Shown here in pieces: positions 1 through 11,265 of a stretch of DNA of 64,000 bases. The notes beneath the pieces are model-generated. The model was given only the letters and a program-made list of their open reading frames with translations. It made no database searches and was not told the origin of the DNA. The first letter of the stretch is position 1. Each line of letters opens with the position of its first letter. Made by a program: the position numbers and the translations under genes. Source of the stretch: Octopus vulgaris (taxonomy: Eukaryota); NCBI GenBank assembly GCA_951406725.2, contig OX597814.1, positions 90,334,001-90,398,000 of the forward strand, given 5' to 3'.

Positions 1-39
1 ATTCGACTGAATGTTGCATGAAAGCCTTCAACCTATACT

Positions 40-1350
40 ATTCAACAATGAGCGCCATAAAGTTTAGAATTCTTTGTTTGGAATTCTCTAAAGGCACCAT
101 TATATTGCTTAGGATGAATGTATCTTCGCCACACATTTTATTTGATGTAATCATGGTTCGTATATGATTTCTATAGTCACCTTTTACTACATTAACAAAC
201 TAATTCTTTTAAGTTCTCACAATAAATAAACAGAGGTCACTAGAAGCAGGATCTCTAACATTATATTATGACGACTACATATATGTGGGTAAAATGTATA
301 CTTTAGTTTAGTTCACTTGATGCATCCCCTGTTCAGAATTAGAATATGCATATAATACCCACATAGGAGTACTTCATGTATTCAGAACAGAGCTGCTATT
401 GCCGGCAGAAATCGTCTAGTCAACTTGGAAGTGAATGCGACGATACTATCCTTTTGCAGGCTTGTCATCGTATAATTTGGATTATATTATCTATTAGGTC
501 CCTAAATTTTTAATAGAGTCACAGGGATTTGACAGAATGTAGATAATCAATGTTTTGGCGTTTATACTGATGTCTTAGAGAATTCCTCATTCGATCGAGT
601 GGTTTGTAAGATCAGTTAGCTTCTGGTTAATTCTGGCATATAATAGATCTCTGACGGATGATTTATAGCTGTAACTAAAACGTTTGTATTAGGGATATTG
701 AAATTGTCAGACAGAACACCATAAAATGGTTTGTGACTCGCGACGATTCCCTAAATAATGGGAATAGCAGTGGGTCACGATATTTCACCATCAATGAATG
801 CTTCCACGACATTCTGCCTTTATCTAAGTTCAAATTATAAATTCACTGTTTGCTAGTTAGAGGATAAAAACCAGTACTTTTTAAGAGGGGTTCCCTACCA
901 GATCCAATAGCTTTAAGGACACTAACAATTCGTCTCTCAAGGGTTACTTGGGTTATTTTTTAAATATTTATAGAAAGAGCTTTAGATTTTCTTTTTATCA
1001 TAAGGTGGTAGATTTTTGATCCATTATTTTTGTCCAGGATGTGACAGCGTTTGGGATTTTGAGATTACGGTGTTTCTGGAGCGATAATATTCCCTACTGG
1101 TTATAAGATCAATAGTGCATGTTTAATAGCGCAGTATATAATCCGCATTGTTGCATTCAGTAGGATGTTGATTTGGCCACAATAAGGTACAGTATTAATC
1201 TTCAATCCCATCGTGGTAGTCCTATTGTTTCACCGAGAGAGAAACCATGTGAAGCTGCGTGCCACTACTTTTTGACAAAACCTAGTTTTCGTAGTTTTCA
1301 TACCTTGAGTGTTTCTTTTACGTGTAATCTGCTTGATGAGATGAGACGAG
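40..1350 (-). pseudogene. Highly degraded possible Gypsy-type pol (RT/RNase H) remnant
   Basis: Minus-strand fragments in the expected order resemble Gypsy pol: 'LRKLGFVKK' (~1270-1300), 'PNAVTSWTKIMDQK' (~1012-1055), 'TGDAS' (RNase H TDAS-like, ~320) and 'KNSKLM' (~55-75). Many stops; the match is weak. Confidence 0.3.
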
Positions 1351-2367
1351 AATTATGAAGATAATTGCCATGTAGAACCGACTTGCAGCGGTAGGTCATC
1401 AATGCTTGGTAATTATTTCACGTAAAATAATTACCCATTAGTTGTTGAGAATTTCAAGCCAAATGAAGCAAATGGTGAAAATGTATATCATTAGTGGATA
1501 ATGGTCTGGCGGGTAATAAATAGAGAACTTTGGTGTGTAAGATAAATTTTAAGCCTTGTATTTAATGTCGAACATTAAATAGAAAACGGAATAGTGAAAT
1601 AAGCAATGGTGTAGGCTGTTACATGAGTTATATATATAAAATACTTTGAGAAAGACAAGAGAAAGTGAAATGAATATGCTAAGGGCGTTGATTTTTAAGC
1701 TGGGATGAGATTAGTTATTTCAAACTAGGAATTAAATTTGATTGGTTGAATGAAAGTTACAAGCTTTTACTCCTATTTGTTTTCTAAATAATTAACTCTA
1801 ATACAGAGCCCATAACCCTTAATTTCACAAACACATCATTCATTCGTAATGCTCAACATATGTAGGGTCCACCAGAATTTCAAAACTAAAAGCGTACCCT
1901 TAAAATAACTTCCTGTACTCTGTAACATATAGGGAAAAATTAAAGCGAATAAACTGAAAACAATTACCAATTAGCGAAATGGAACGTGCAACAATCCAAC
2001 AATTCGTATAATTTTTTTCTCCTTTTTCCGCAACTTATTTCGGGATGACTGAGAAAGGAGTTTACATATGAAGTTGCTATAGCAACTTTCTAAATACAAT
2101 TTTCATTTCAATATCTTATGATTAACTCATTAATTCTATTGATGTATTCCAATTTAATCTGGAAAGAAAATTAAGCATCAAAGGTCAATAAGAGCTTATA
2201 GAACAATTCTCTTTTCATTTGATTGGATTCATACAAACGTTCTACGATTAATAACATTCGTATATGTGTGTGAGTGTGTTTATATTTATATGTATGTGTG
2301 TGTGTGGTGTGTGTATGCGTGTGTATCGTCAATGCACACACAAACGCGCACGCAAATGCACTAACGG

Positions 2368-2401
<34 letters not shown>

Positions 2402-2605
2402 ATACATATATTTATAGGTACAAATAATTACACATGTTACATGTTCACAGGAACATAGTTACATAAATTAGAATAAAAAGAATTGAAATCATTTGGTTTG
2501 ATTTTCAAGACCCTTAATTGAAAAAGTAGATCGGACAAAACATATTTTGTGGGATTCGTTGTCTTAATAACTCATGCACACACATACTTACACGTACATA
2601 CATAA

Positions 2606-2698
<93 letters not shown>

Positions 2699-2699
<1 letters not shown>

Positions 2700-3136
2700 G
2701 GTTAAGTAATTGAGATTCTAGTGAATTCTAAAGAATTCACATGAATATGGTCCTTAACTAGGATGCACCGGAAATCTATATGATGTTAACCATACGACAA
2801 GTGGGGTGATTACAAATAGGAAAAAAGCAACAAGAATGGATTAAAATCTCGGTACGATCGTTTCGTACGAGGACATCTTTAATAAGCTACAAAAAATGCA
2901 GTGAATACAGATGGCTCGTACTCGTCAGCCGAAAAAACATCAGAGAATTCCCAAACATCAAAAGGGGTAGATACAAAAGAGGTTGTAAGATTAGCTGCAT
3001 TGAAGAAAGTTCGATTCATGGAGATCCGATGAAAGGTTTTAAACCTATAGAATTTATGCATTTTTTGTAGCTTATTAAAGATGTCCTCGTACGAAACGAT
3101 CGTACCGAGATTTTAATCCATTCTTGTTGCTTTTTT

Positions 3137-3141
<5 letters not shown>
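2699..3141 (-). mobile_element. 5'-truncated PLE-like 3' end with inverted terminal copy, inserted in (TA)n
   Basis: Perfect ~85 bp inverted repeat (2816-2900 vs 3057-3141), a complete hammerhead, and (TA)n on both sides. Confidence 0.7.
2847..2934 (-). ncRNA. Type I hammerhead ribozyme with canonical core and long stem II
   Basis: Minus strand reads UUUCGG-CUGACGA-GUACGAG...CUCGUAC-GAAA-CGAUCG-UA-CCGAGA. Stem I is 6 bp, stem II is 7 bp plus a CAUCU/AGAUG extension, and the stem III segment is palindromic. Confidence 0.85.
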
Positions 3142-3173
<32 letters not shown>

Positions 3174-3399
3174 GTAAAGAGTGAAAAAACTACAGAAGGC
3201 TTGTTTTATAAGGTTAAAGAATATATTTGAATCATTATATTACAAGAATGTTATAAATTTTTTTCATACAATAACATAGTTTTTGAAGAAATTACCGGTT
3301 TTGTGTTAACTTTTCAAAGTCAACCTCTTTGGTTGTTAGTTCCTTTTCATGGGTTTTAATTAGTGAAGACAGAGTTTTCATTATTTTTTGCGAGATGTA

Positions 3400-3698
3400 G
3401 TTGGTGCTCGGGCTGCCACCAAAACTACGTGGGGTCCACGGGACTATCACTTAGACGTAGATGCACTCTGCATCGACAACAGATTGCATTCCCAGAATAC
3501 AGAATGATACCCTATAGTGAGCATATTGAGAAATGCGCAAAGCAACTACTATCACAATTTTTAATCTTTCCATTCTATCAATGTGCTATTGGAACACCAA
3601 CACAAATTAGATCAAACAAGGAAACATTCTTCATTGAAAAATATAAGCCCAAACTTAACCACTCTAACATTCTTATACAGATAAACTCACCCCATTAA
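3400..3698 (+). pseudogene. PLE GIY-YIG endonuclease C-terminal fragment
   Basis: CSGCHQNYVGSTGLSLRRRCTLH...FPFYQC...KETFFIEKYKPKLN is clearly homologous to the 51229-52182 ORF. Confidence 0.8.
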
Positions 3699-3829
3699 AT
3701 AAAATGAAAAGAAATATAAAGCGATTATCTCCCTTATACCGGAAGAAATCGCTTATTACCTCCCCCTATCTGGAACTCTTCTATGTACTTCATAACGAAG
3801 ACATAACACGATGTAAATAAAGACATTTG

Positions 3830-3866
3830 AGAAATTTGAAAAGTTAACACGAAACAGCTAATTTCT
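3830..3866 (+). ncRNA. Minimal hammerhead ribozyme with U3-A8 variant core
   Basis: AGAAAU-UUGAAAA-GUUAACAC-GAAA-CAGC-UA-AUUUCU has a perfect 6 bp stem I. The inverted partner near 3290-3318 has the palindromic CCGG loop. Confidence 0.6.
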
Positions 3867-4028
3867 TCAAAAACTATGTTATTGTATGAAAAAAATTTAT
3901 AACATTCTTCTAACATGATGACTCAAATATATTCTTTAACCTTATAAAACAAGCCTTCTGTAGTTTTTTCACTCTTTACTATTTTCTATATATATTGAAC
4001 CACGTGCTTTCACACACCAACTTTCTCA

Positions 4029-4143
<115 letters not shown>

Positions 4144-4299
4144 CTAGCACAACGTGTTTCACTTTGCAGGTAATATGTAGGTTTATTGCACACCCCACGA
4201 AATTCCTTGATATCTGTAATTGTCAAAGAGGTAAGATACACATATGATAAATTCAATAGATTCACTTATCTTTTCGACAACCTTAATATTAAGGTTAGT

Positions 4300-5030
4300 T
4301 ATTCAAGTAATTTTTCTAAATTTACTATCAGATACTCGCTTCGTTAGCGGCTCTATACTTATAACACTTCCAAACTTAATATTATACGACGTATTTCTCG
4401 TTAATATGTCATTAATATCTTCACGTAGCCTGTTCCAGTAGAATACCCATCAATCTGGTTCAATCATTTTGTGAAATGCCAGACAACATCTTTCGGAACA
4501 TGAGGTGTTGAGTGTGTCTTTGCCGTTTTTGGTGTCGGAATAGTGCCGACACATTCCTCACCACTCTCACTATAGGTCTGTGATAAGGATATTACTTTCG
4601 GCAATTTCATATATAGTGGAGTATTTCCCAATCCCAAGTGGATTCACCGAAGGTTTACAATAGTGTGAATGAAATATGTATGGATTTGTATGTTTTGTTG
4701 ATCATGGCAATCTCTACATTTCAGGATTTAGAACAGGTTAACTTTACAAGGATGTCTAGAAATGTAATCTGTATTTACATTCATATTCTTATTAATAGTA
4801 TTGATTATTTCTTGAATTACAGTTATCGAATACTATTGAATCATTAGAACATCGTCAGCGTAGGGCAAATTTTCCCGATGAGATTATCATCTACAAAGCG
4901 AGAGTACAAGGCTAGATCAGCGTCATCATCTACTAGGTTTTGTTAGAGATACTTGTTCAGAATTACCATGAGAAGTCTACCGACTCTCCAAAACTTACGT
5001 CCCCAATCACACCACCTACAGACTGTTTGT
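4300..5030 (-). pseudogene. Degraded non-LTR reverse transcriptase fragment
   Basis: Minus strand at ~4840-4875 reads ENLPYADDVLMI (YADD motif). Surrounding frames are broken. Confidence 0.4.
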
Positions 5031-5104
5031 GAAGTTAATTATTATATTTGAAAATGTGAGTATTTCCTATGTGCTTAGTCTGCTAATGATTAAATCCTTA
5101 TGAA

Positions 5105-5276
5105 ACATACATACATACATACATACATGCATACATACATACATACATACATACATACATACATACATACATACATACAATACATACATACATACATACA
5201 TACGTACGTACATACGTACATACGTACATACATACATACATACATACATACATACATACATACATACATACACACA

Positions 5277-5306
<30 letters not shown>
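5105..5306. repeat. (CATA)n microsatellite
   Basis: Direct tetranucleotide array; source of the spurious MYVC/HTYI ORFs. Confidence 0.95.
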
Positions 5307-5309
<3 letters not shown>

Positions 5310-5339
5310 GATGGTTGCCAACTTGATTTCGATTAGAGC

Positions 5340-5893
5340 CATTGCCTGATTTCTTTATGCCTCAGAATATCATTGCTGAACTGCACGAATATGGCTTTTG
5401 AGATCTGGCAAAGACCTACATGCTTTTTGATAATTAGTGCAAGAAAGTTTGGTGATTGTACAGCTTACAACTCCCCGAGCATTACTCTGCCTTTTCAAGC
5501 CATTTTTTGATCTGCATACTTTATGAAAGAGTATGCATTCGAAATCATCTGTCCATCTATAATCAATGTGCGGTTGTACAATGTTTGATTTCATATAGCT
5601 CTTTAGCCCAGCCATACTAAGACAAATTTTTCCACATTTATCACATGTAAGATCATCACGTTCATTAATGTTTGTTAGAACATCATTCCTGTCACTTTTT
5701 CTCATCTTCCTTTTGACCTTTGCATACTCCATTATTTTCCTTTTTGCTTTCATACACAAATTTTTCCATTTTTCTCGGCAATGCGCTAAATCCTTCCGAT
5801 TGTCAATTGGAACATTTATTTTATTTAATCCCGACTTGAGACAATCTTTGTACCTCAACTTTGGTTTGTAGGTCGGACGTTTACCTGTCACCA
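5340..5893 (-). mobile_element. RTE-clade LINE 3' remnant with C2H2-like zinc fingers
   Basis: GKRPTYKPKLRYKDCLK...DLAHCREKW, followed by CDKCGKICLSMAGLKSY and further degenerate fingers, typical of RTE C-termini. Confidence 0.7.
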
Positions 5894-6019
5894 GTATGAC
5901 GACCGAGTCCAGGCTGCGATGCCCTGGGGCACCTGCCGGGTCAGACTTGTTCATCACTAGATCCCAAGCCATTTTTGCCATTCACATTTTTATTGTTTAT
6001 GGATCTCATAATTATATTT

Positions 6020-6160
6020 AAGACTTTTTGAGGTGCTACGACCATCCCTATTCATTGAGCTCGCGTAACTCAAATTCTTATTAATAGTCGTGGATGAATA
6101 TTCTCGGATTTCTGTTCGGTTTTGCCTACAATGATACTTCTTCCTCTACTGTTATTTCCT
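6020..6160 (+). pseudogene. LTR-retrotransposon (Gypsy-like) integrase fragment
   Basis: Reads FLLIVVDEYSR, then after a frameshift FAYNDTSSSTVIS, resembling the integrase core segment 'IVDEYSRFPFA'. Confidence 0.5.
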
Positions 6161-6700
6161 GAATTTGAACTCAGAACGTAAAGACAGACGAAATACCTAT
6201 TTCTATTTCTTTACTATCCACAAGGGACTAAACACAGAGGGGACAAACAAGGACAGACAAATAGTGCGTAACTAGTACGTAATTTATCGACCTCGAAAGA
6301 ATGAAAGGCAAAGTCGACCTCGGCGGAATTTGAACTCACTACGCAGTGGCGGACGAAATACATATTTCTTTACTACCCTAAAGACAGAGAGGACAAGCAA
6401 GGACAGACAAACGGATTAAGCCGATTATATCGACGCCAGTGCGTAACTGGTACTTATTTAATCGACGCGAAAGAATGAAAGGCAAAGTCGACCTCGGCGG
6501 AATTTGAAGTCAGAACGTAACTACAGACGAAATACCGCTAAGCATTTCGCCCGGCGTGCCAACGAATCTGTCAGCTTGCTGCCTTTGAAAGGCAAAGTCG
6601 ACCTCGGCGGAATTTGAAGTCAGAACGTAACTACAGACGAAATACCGCTATGCATTTCGCCCGGCGTGCCAACGAATCTGTCAGCTTGCTGCCTTTGAAA
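6161..6700 (-). mobile_element. Tandem cluster of tRNA-related SINE units (aggcggcgagctggcaga family)
   Basis: Repeated 'gaaaggcaaagtcgacctcggcggaatttgaactcagaacgta' modules with a ~110 bp internal tandem duplication; same family as 56739 and 59640. Confidence 0.85.
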
Positions 6701-7274
6701 CGTGTAATATTGAAAATATTCAATATTCAATATTCAATATATTGAAAATATATTGAAGTATTGTAGTATTGAAAATATACAATGCTATGGATTCTCACTC
6801 AGTAGAAATCGGAGAACTTGTACCTTATACAAAGGGATTTATTATGTTGTTCAAGAATGACGTGGGTAAGAATATTGATTATCTCCTTGATTCTTTTGCA
6901 ATGACAGTGCTGAAATTAAAGTGAATTGTTCCTGTATGAAGAAGGTTAAAGAAAAGTGCAAAGCTGCATAAACACGAATGTTTATGTATAGGTAACAGAG
7001 AGGAAGTTGCTAATGAACACGGCCAATCCTTGTTAAAAACCAGGGTTCATTGAATGCACTTACATTTTGTATGCTTAAGTTGACGAGAGATCAGATCCCG
7101 CCTTTACGACATGCGGAGATGATGGTACCTGGCCTGTACAATTCGACCTAAGGAGAAACTAAAAAGTGTTGTCAAGAGCTATTCGGGCACACAAAATTAT
7201 AAAAAATGAATTATATAGGAATTTATTTCATATGTTCACTCACTCATAAGAAAGAGGCCTCGCATAACAATCTA

Positions 7275-7470
7275 CTGAAGGCATAAGGCCTGAAATTCTG
7301 TTTGGCAGCGGACTAGTCGATTATATCGACCCCAGTGAGTTTCACTTAATTTACCGATCACGAAAGGATGAAAAATAAAATCGACGGGAGTGGAATTTGA
7401 ACACAGAACGTAGCAACGGACGAAATATCGCTAACCATTTCGCCCAGTCTGCTAACAATTCTGCCATAAA
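7275..7470 (-). mobile_element. SINE, same family, diverged
   Basis: gtcgattatatcgaccccagt...ggaatttgaacacagaacgtagc...tttcgccc. Confidence 0.75.
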
Positions 7471-7600
7471 ACCCTCGGATAATGATGATAAATTTTAAAA
7501 AAAGTACAAAATACACACTGATCGGTTCTCTCCCCTTAAAGGAAAGCTTCACCACCGCCCCTGCTATTTCTTAGTAAAATCTCCCTATCTCTCTCTCTCT

Positions 7601-7656
7601 CTTCTTCTTCTTCTTCTTCTTCTTCTTCTTCTTCTTCTTCTTCTTCTTCTTCTTCT
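7601..7656. repeat. (CTT)n microsatellite
   Basis: Direct trinucleotide array. Confidence 0.95.
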
Positions 7657-8217
7657 ATTACTCCGAAAGTAATCGTAGGCCATCACACCAACAGTTGCTA
7701 GACAATTTTCCCACATGTGAGTAAAGAATGTTACTTTGTTTTCATATGATTAGCCAAAAGTGTAAACATAATACGACATAGTCAATAGCCATAAAAGTTT
7801 AAACAAATATTTTCTAAACGACACGCGTTGAAAAGTTCTTTTGATTTGTATTACGATACGGGTTTTAATGTATTTATGTAAAGAGGGTAAAATTACACAG
7901 ATCTATATACTTGGCGCCGTAAAATTTGTGTCTGTCTTACTCTTGATAAACTGATCATTTTGATATCGATAGCAAAATTGATTGTTGAGGAAAAGCCAGC
8001 CATTCCCGCCGAACGTAGTAGAATTCGCGGGAAGAATTCAAGCAGAATATATTCATTCATTCATGCATTCACGCGTATACGCATTCGCAATAACGTGCCG
8101 CCTCTAATACAGTAGAATACATACGCAAATACAAACGTCCAGTCCAACTATCTACCTCCGCAAAAGCTTCTTTCAATCTGTGTGTCTGTGCATGTACAGA
8201 AGTATAGGTACTATGCC

Positions 8218-8248
<31 letters not shown>

Positions 8249-8491
8249 GTATATATGTTTGCTTTTCAACGTAGACGATAATAGAATTATCAATATTATG
8301 CTTGGCAATCGTCACTGAGCATTTACTGAAATTCATTACCCATAAAAATAGATATCATTTGGAATTGGCTATTGAATTTCCGTATCAGAAAATGGTTGCA
8401 GCACTTATAGACATAGCGTACTTCAAAGGCTTTGCCAATACATACATACATACATACATACATACATACCTACATACATACATACATACAT

Positions 8492-8554
<63 letters not shown>

Positions 8555-8689
8555 CATATACATACACATATATGCATATATATGTATATGTATGAATATG
8601 TATATACGTATATATATATATATATACCCATCTATATTATATATATATATATATATATACATACATACACATATATATATACATACACA

Positions 8690-8741
<52 letters not shown>

Positions 8742-8790
8742 TATGGATAGGGAGATGAATGGATAGATATACATATATATATATATATAT

Positions 8791-8890
8791 GCTTCACGGC
8801 ACTTCGTCCGTCCTTACATTCTGAGATCAAATTCAGCCTAGGTCGCCCTTTCCGTGAATCCTTTCGGGGTTGATAAAATTGGTACCAGCT
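8791..8890 (+). mobile_element. SINE fragment
   Basis: ttctgagatcaaattc...cctttcggggttgataaaattggtaccag matches the SINE family core. Confidence 0.6.
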
Positions 8891-8907
8891 GCGCATATAT
8901 ATATACA

Positions 8908-9029
<122 letters not shown>

Positions 9030-9342
9030 GGAAGTAAGAGGAAAGGAGTAGTAGTTTAACGCTCGGGAAGGTGAGAAAGTATTTTACGCTGCCAGCCTAC
9101 GCTATTCAGCAGAAAGAAAGACGAGGAAACAAATAGAGTGAGAATAAAAGAAAACTCTTGCAGCTAGCGGTCATACACGCTTGCATTTAATTTTGTCAGC
9201 AGTGTGTTACGACTAAGGAAATTTATAATTGTCAACGAAATATGACTAGGGTGTTAGAAACACATACATTTCTAGTAATGTAGGTATGTCTTACACCCTG
9301 GTCACATGTGTATATGTGTATATGTGTATATGTGTATATGTA

Positions 9343-9407
<65 letters not shown>

Positions 9408-9410
<3 letters not shown>

Positions 9411-11136
9411 GCGGCGACGATAGATTACATCGATATAAAGGAAGACGATGTAACCAAGGCTATAGATGAAATGAAAACAGACTCAGCTACTGGCCCCGAT
9501 GGATTCCCGGCAATCCTCCTAAAAGCATGTAAGAGAGTCCTAGCAAGACCATTGCAGTTCCTCTTTCAGAGCTTCCTTGCAGCTGGCAAACTTCCAGGAA
9601 AACTGAAGGAAGGTAAAATATGCCCCATTCATAAAGGAGGTAGCAGAGCGGAAGCCAAGAACTATAGACCTATCTCTCTGACCTCACACATCAGCAAGGT
9701 CATGGAACGAATAGTCAGAAGGAAGCTGATCACCTTCCTTGAAGAGAATGACTTGCTGCCCGACACCCAACATGGTTTCCGACCAGGGAGAAGCTGTTTA
9801 ACTCAGCTCCTACAACACTATGACTGGGTGCTGAAACGGCTGCTCAACCACTCAAATGTGGAAGTGATATATCTCGACTTTGCAAAGGCCTTTGATAAAG
9901 TCGATCATGGAATGATATATCACAAACTGCGTGATCTCAACATAGTTGGAAAACTGGGAGAATGGCTTCATGACTTTCTGAAGGATAGAAGTCAGGTGGT
10001 AGTAGCCAATGGGGCCACCTCCATTAACACACAAATAGTGAGCGGTGTTCCGCAGGGCACTGTTCTGGGACCACTACTGTTCATAATGGCCCTCTCAGAC
10101 ATGCCCTCAGCCACGCAGAGAGCCACGATCACAAGTTATGCAGATGATACAAAAGTTTCACAGGCAATACAGAACCCTGAGGACACTAAACACCTGCAAT
10201 GTGAGCTGGACGAAATATACAAGTGGGCTGAAAAGAATAGAATGCAGTTCAATGATGGAAAGTTTCAAGCTTTATACTATCAGCATGCAAAACGGAATGC
10301 AATACCCAATGAATACACTGGACCCGGAGGGATTGCAATCCCAGAGGCACAATCAGTGCGTGACCTGGGTATTCACATGAGTGATGACGCGAACTTTCAT
10401 GTACATGTTGCTAAACTGACAATGAAATGTAGACGGCTGGCTGGATGGATTCTTAGAACCTTTAGAACAAGAGAACAAGAAACCCTGATGGTCCTCTGGA
10501 AGACACTTGTCCTAAGCCACTTTGACTATTGCTCTCAGCTATGGTCACCATCCAGTGTCAAGTTGATCACAGAACTTGAGGCGATCCAACGAAGCTACAC
10601 AAAGAAGATAGCCTCTATGCAGAATGTAAGCTACTGGGAAAGACTCAAGAGATTAAAATTATATTCCCTGGAGCGTAGGCGGGAAAGATATGCCATAATA
10701 TACATCTGGAAGATCCTGGAGGGAAGTGTCCTGAACTTTGGCATCGAGAGTTACGCAAATGCCAGAACTGGGCGCCACTGCGTGGTGCCTAGGACTCCAA
10801 ACCTGCCATCAAGATGTAGGACAAGATTCTGTGATAGCCTGGGCTTCCGAGGCCCACAGCTCTTCAATATCCTCCCGAAGAACCTGAGAGACCTGCATGG
10901 GGTGGATACAGATGTCTTTAAAATGAAGCTGGATCTCTTCCTGTCAGGTGTCCCAGATGAACCAACTTCACGGCAGGAGGGGCAGAAGAGGGCAGCTGCA
11001 TCGAACTCTCTCATGCACCAAATAGCAGTTGCTAGAAAGCCTCCATGAAGTGAAACCAAGTAGCAACACCAAATGGCGGTGCCCCAGCATGGCCACAGCT
11101 CATAAGCTGAAACTAGAATCAATCAATCAATCAATC
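9408..11136 (+). mobile_element. 5'-truncated CR1-group LINE (RT domain and C-terminus open) with (AATC)n tail
   Basis: Uninterrupted frame to 11048 with NYRPISLTS, QHGFR, YLDFAKAFDKV, GVPQG, YADDTK and SLERRR. The 3'UTR ends ggcggtgccccagcatggccacagc...(aatc)5. The element sits in (TA)n; the ORF-track N-terminus (9306-9407) is microsatellite. Confidence 0.92.
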
Positions 11137-11192
<56 letters not shown>

Positions 11193-11196
11193 GCAT

Positions 11197-11261
<65 letters not shown>

Positions 11262-11265
<4 letters not shown>

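Noticed and set aside
6161-6700. Regularly repeated ~40 bp modules resembling a CRISPR array
   Set aside because: The 'spacers' are themselves repeated, the modules match dispersed SINE copies in the window, there are no cas genes, and the context is eukaryotic.
7890-8045. Possible minus-strand first exon (MAGFSSTINF...) next to a GC-rich 10 bp hairpin
   Set aside because: Short, with no recognisable homology or downstream exons; it cannot be supported without transcript data.
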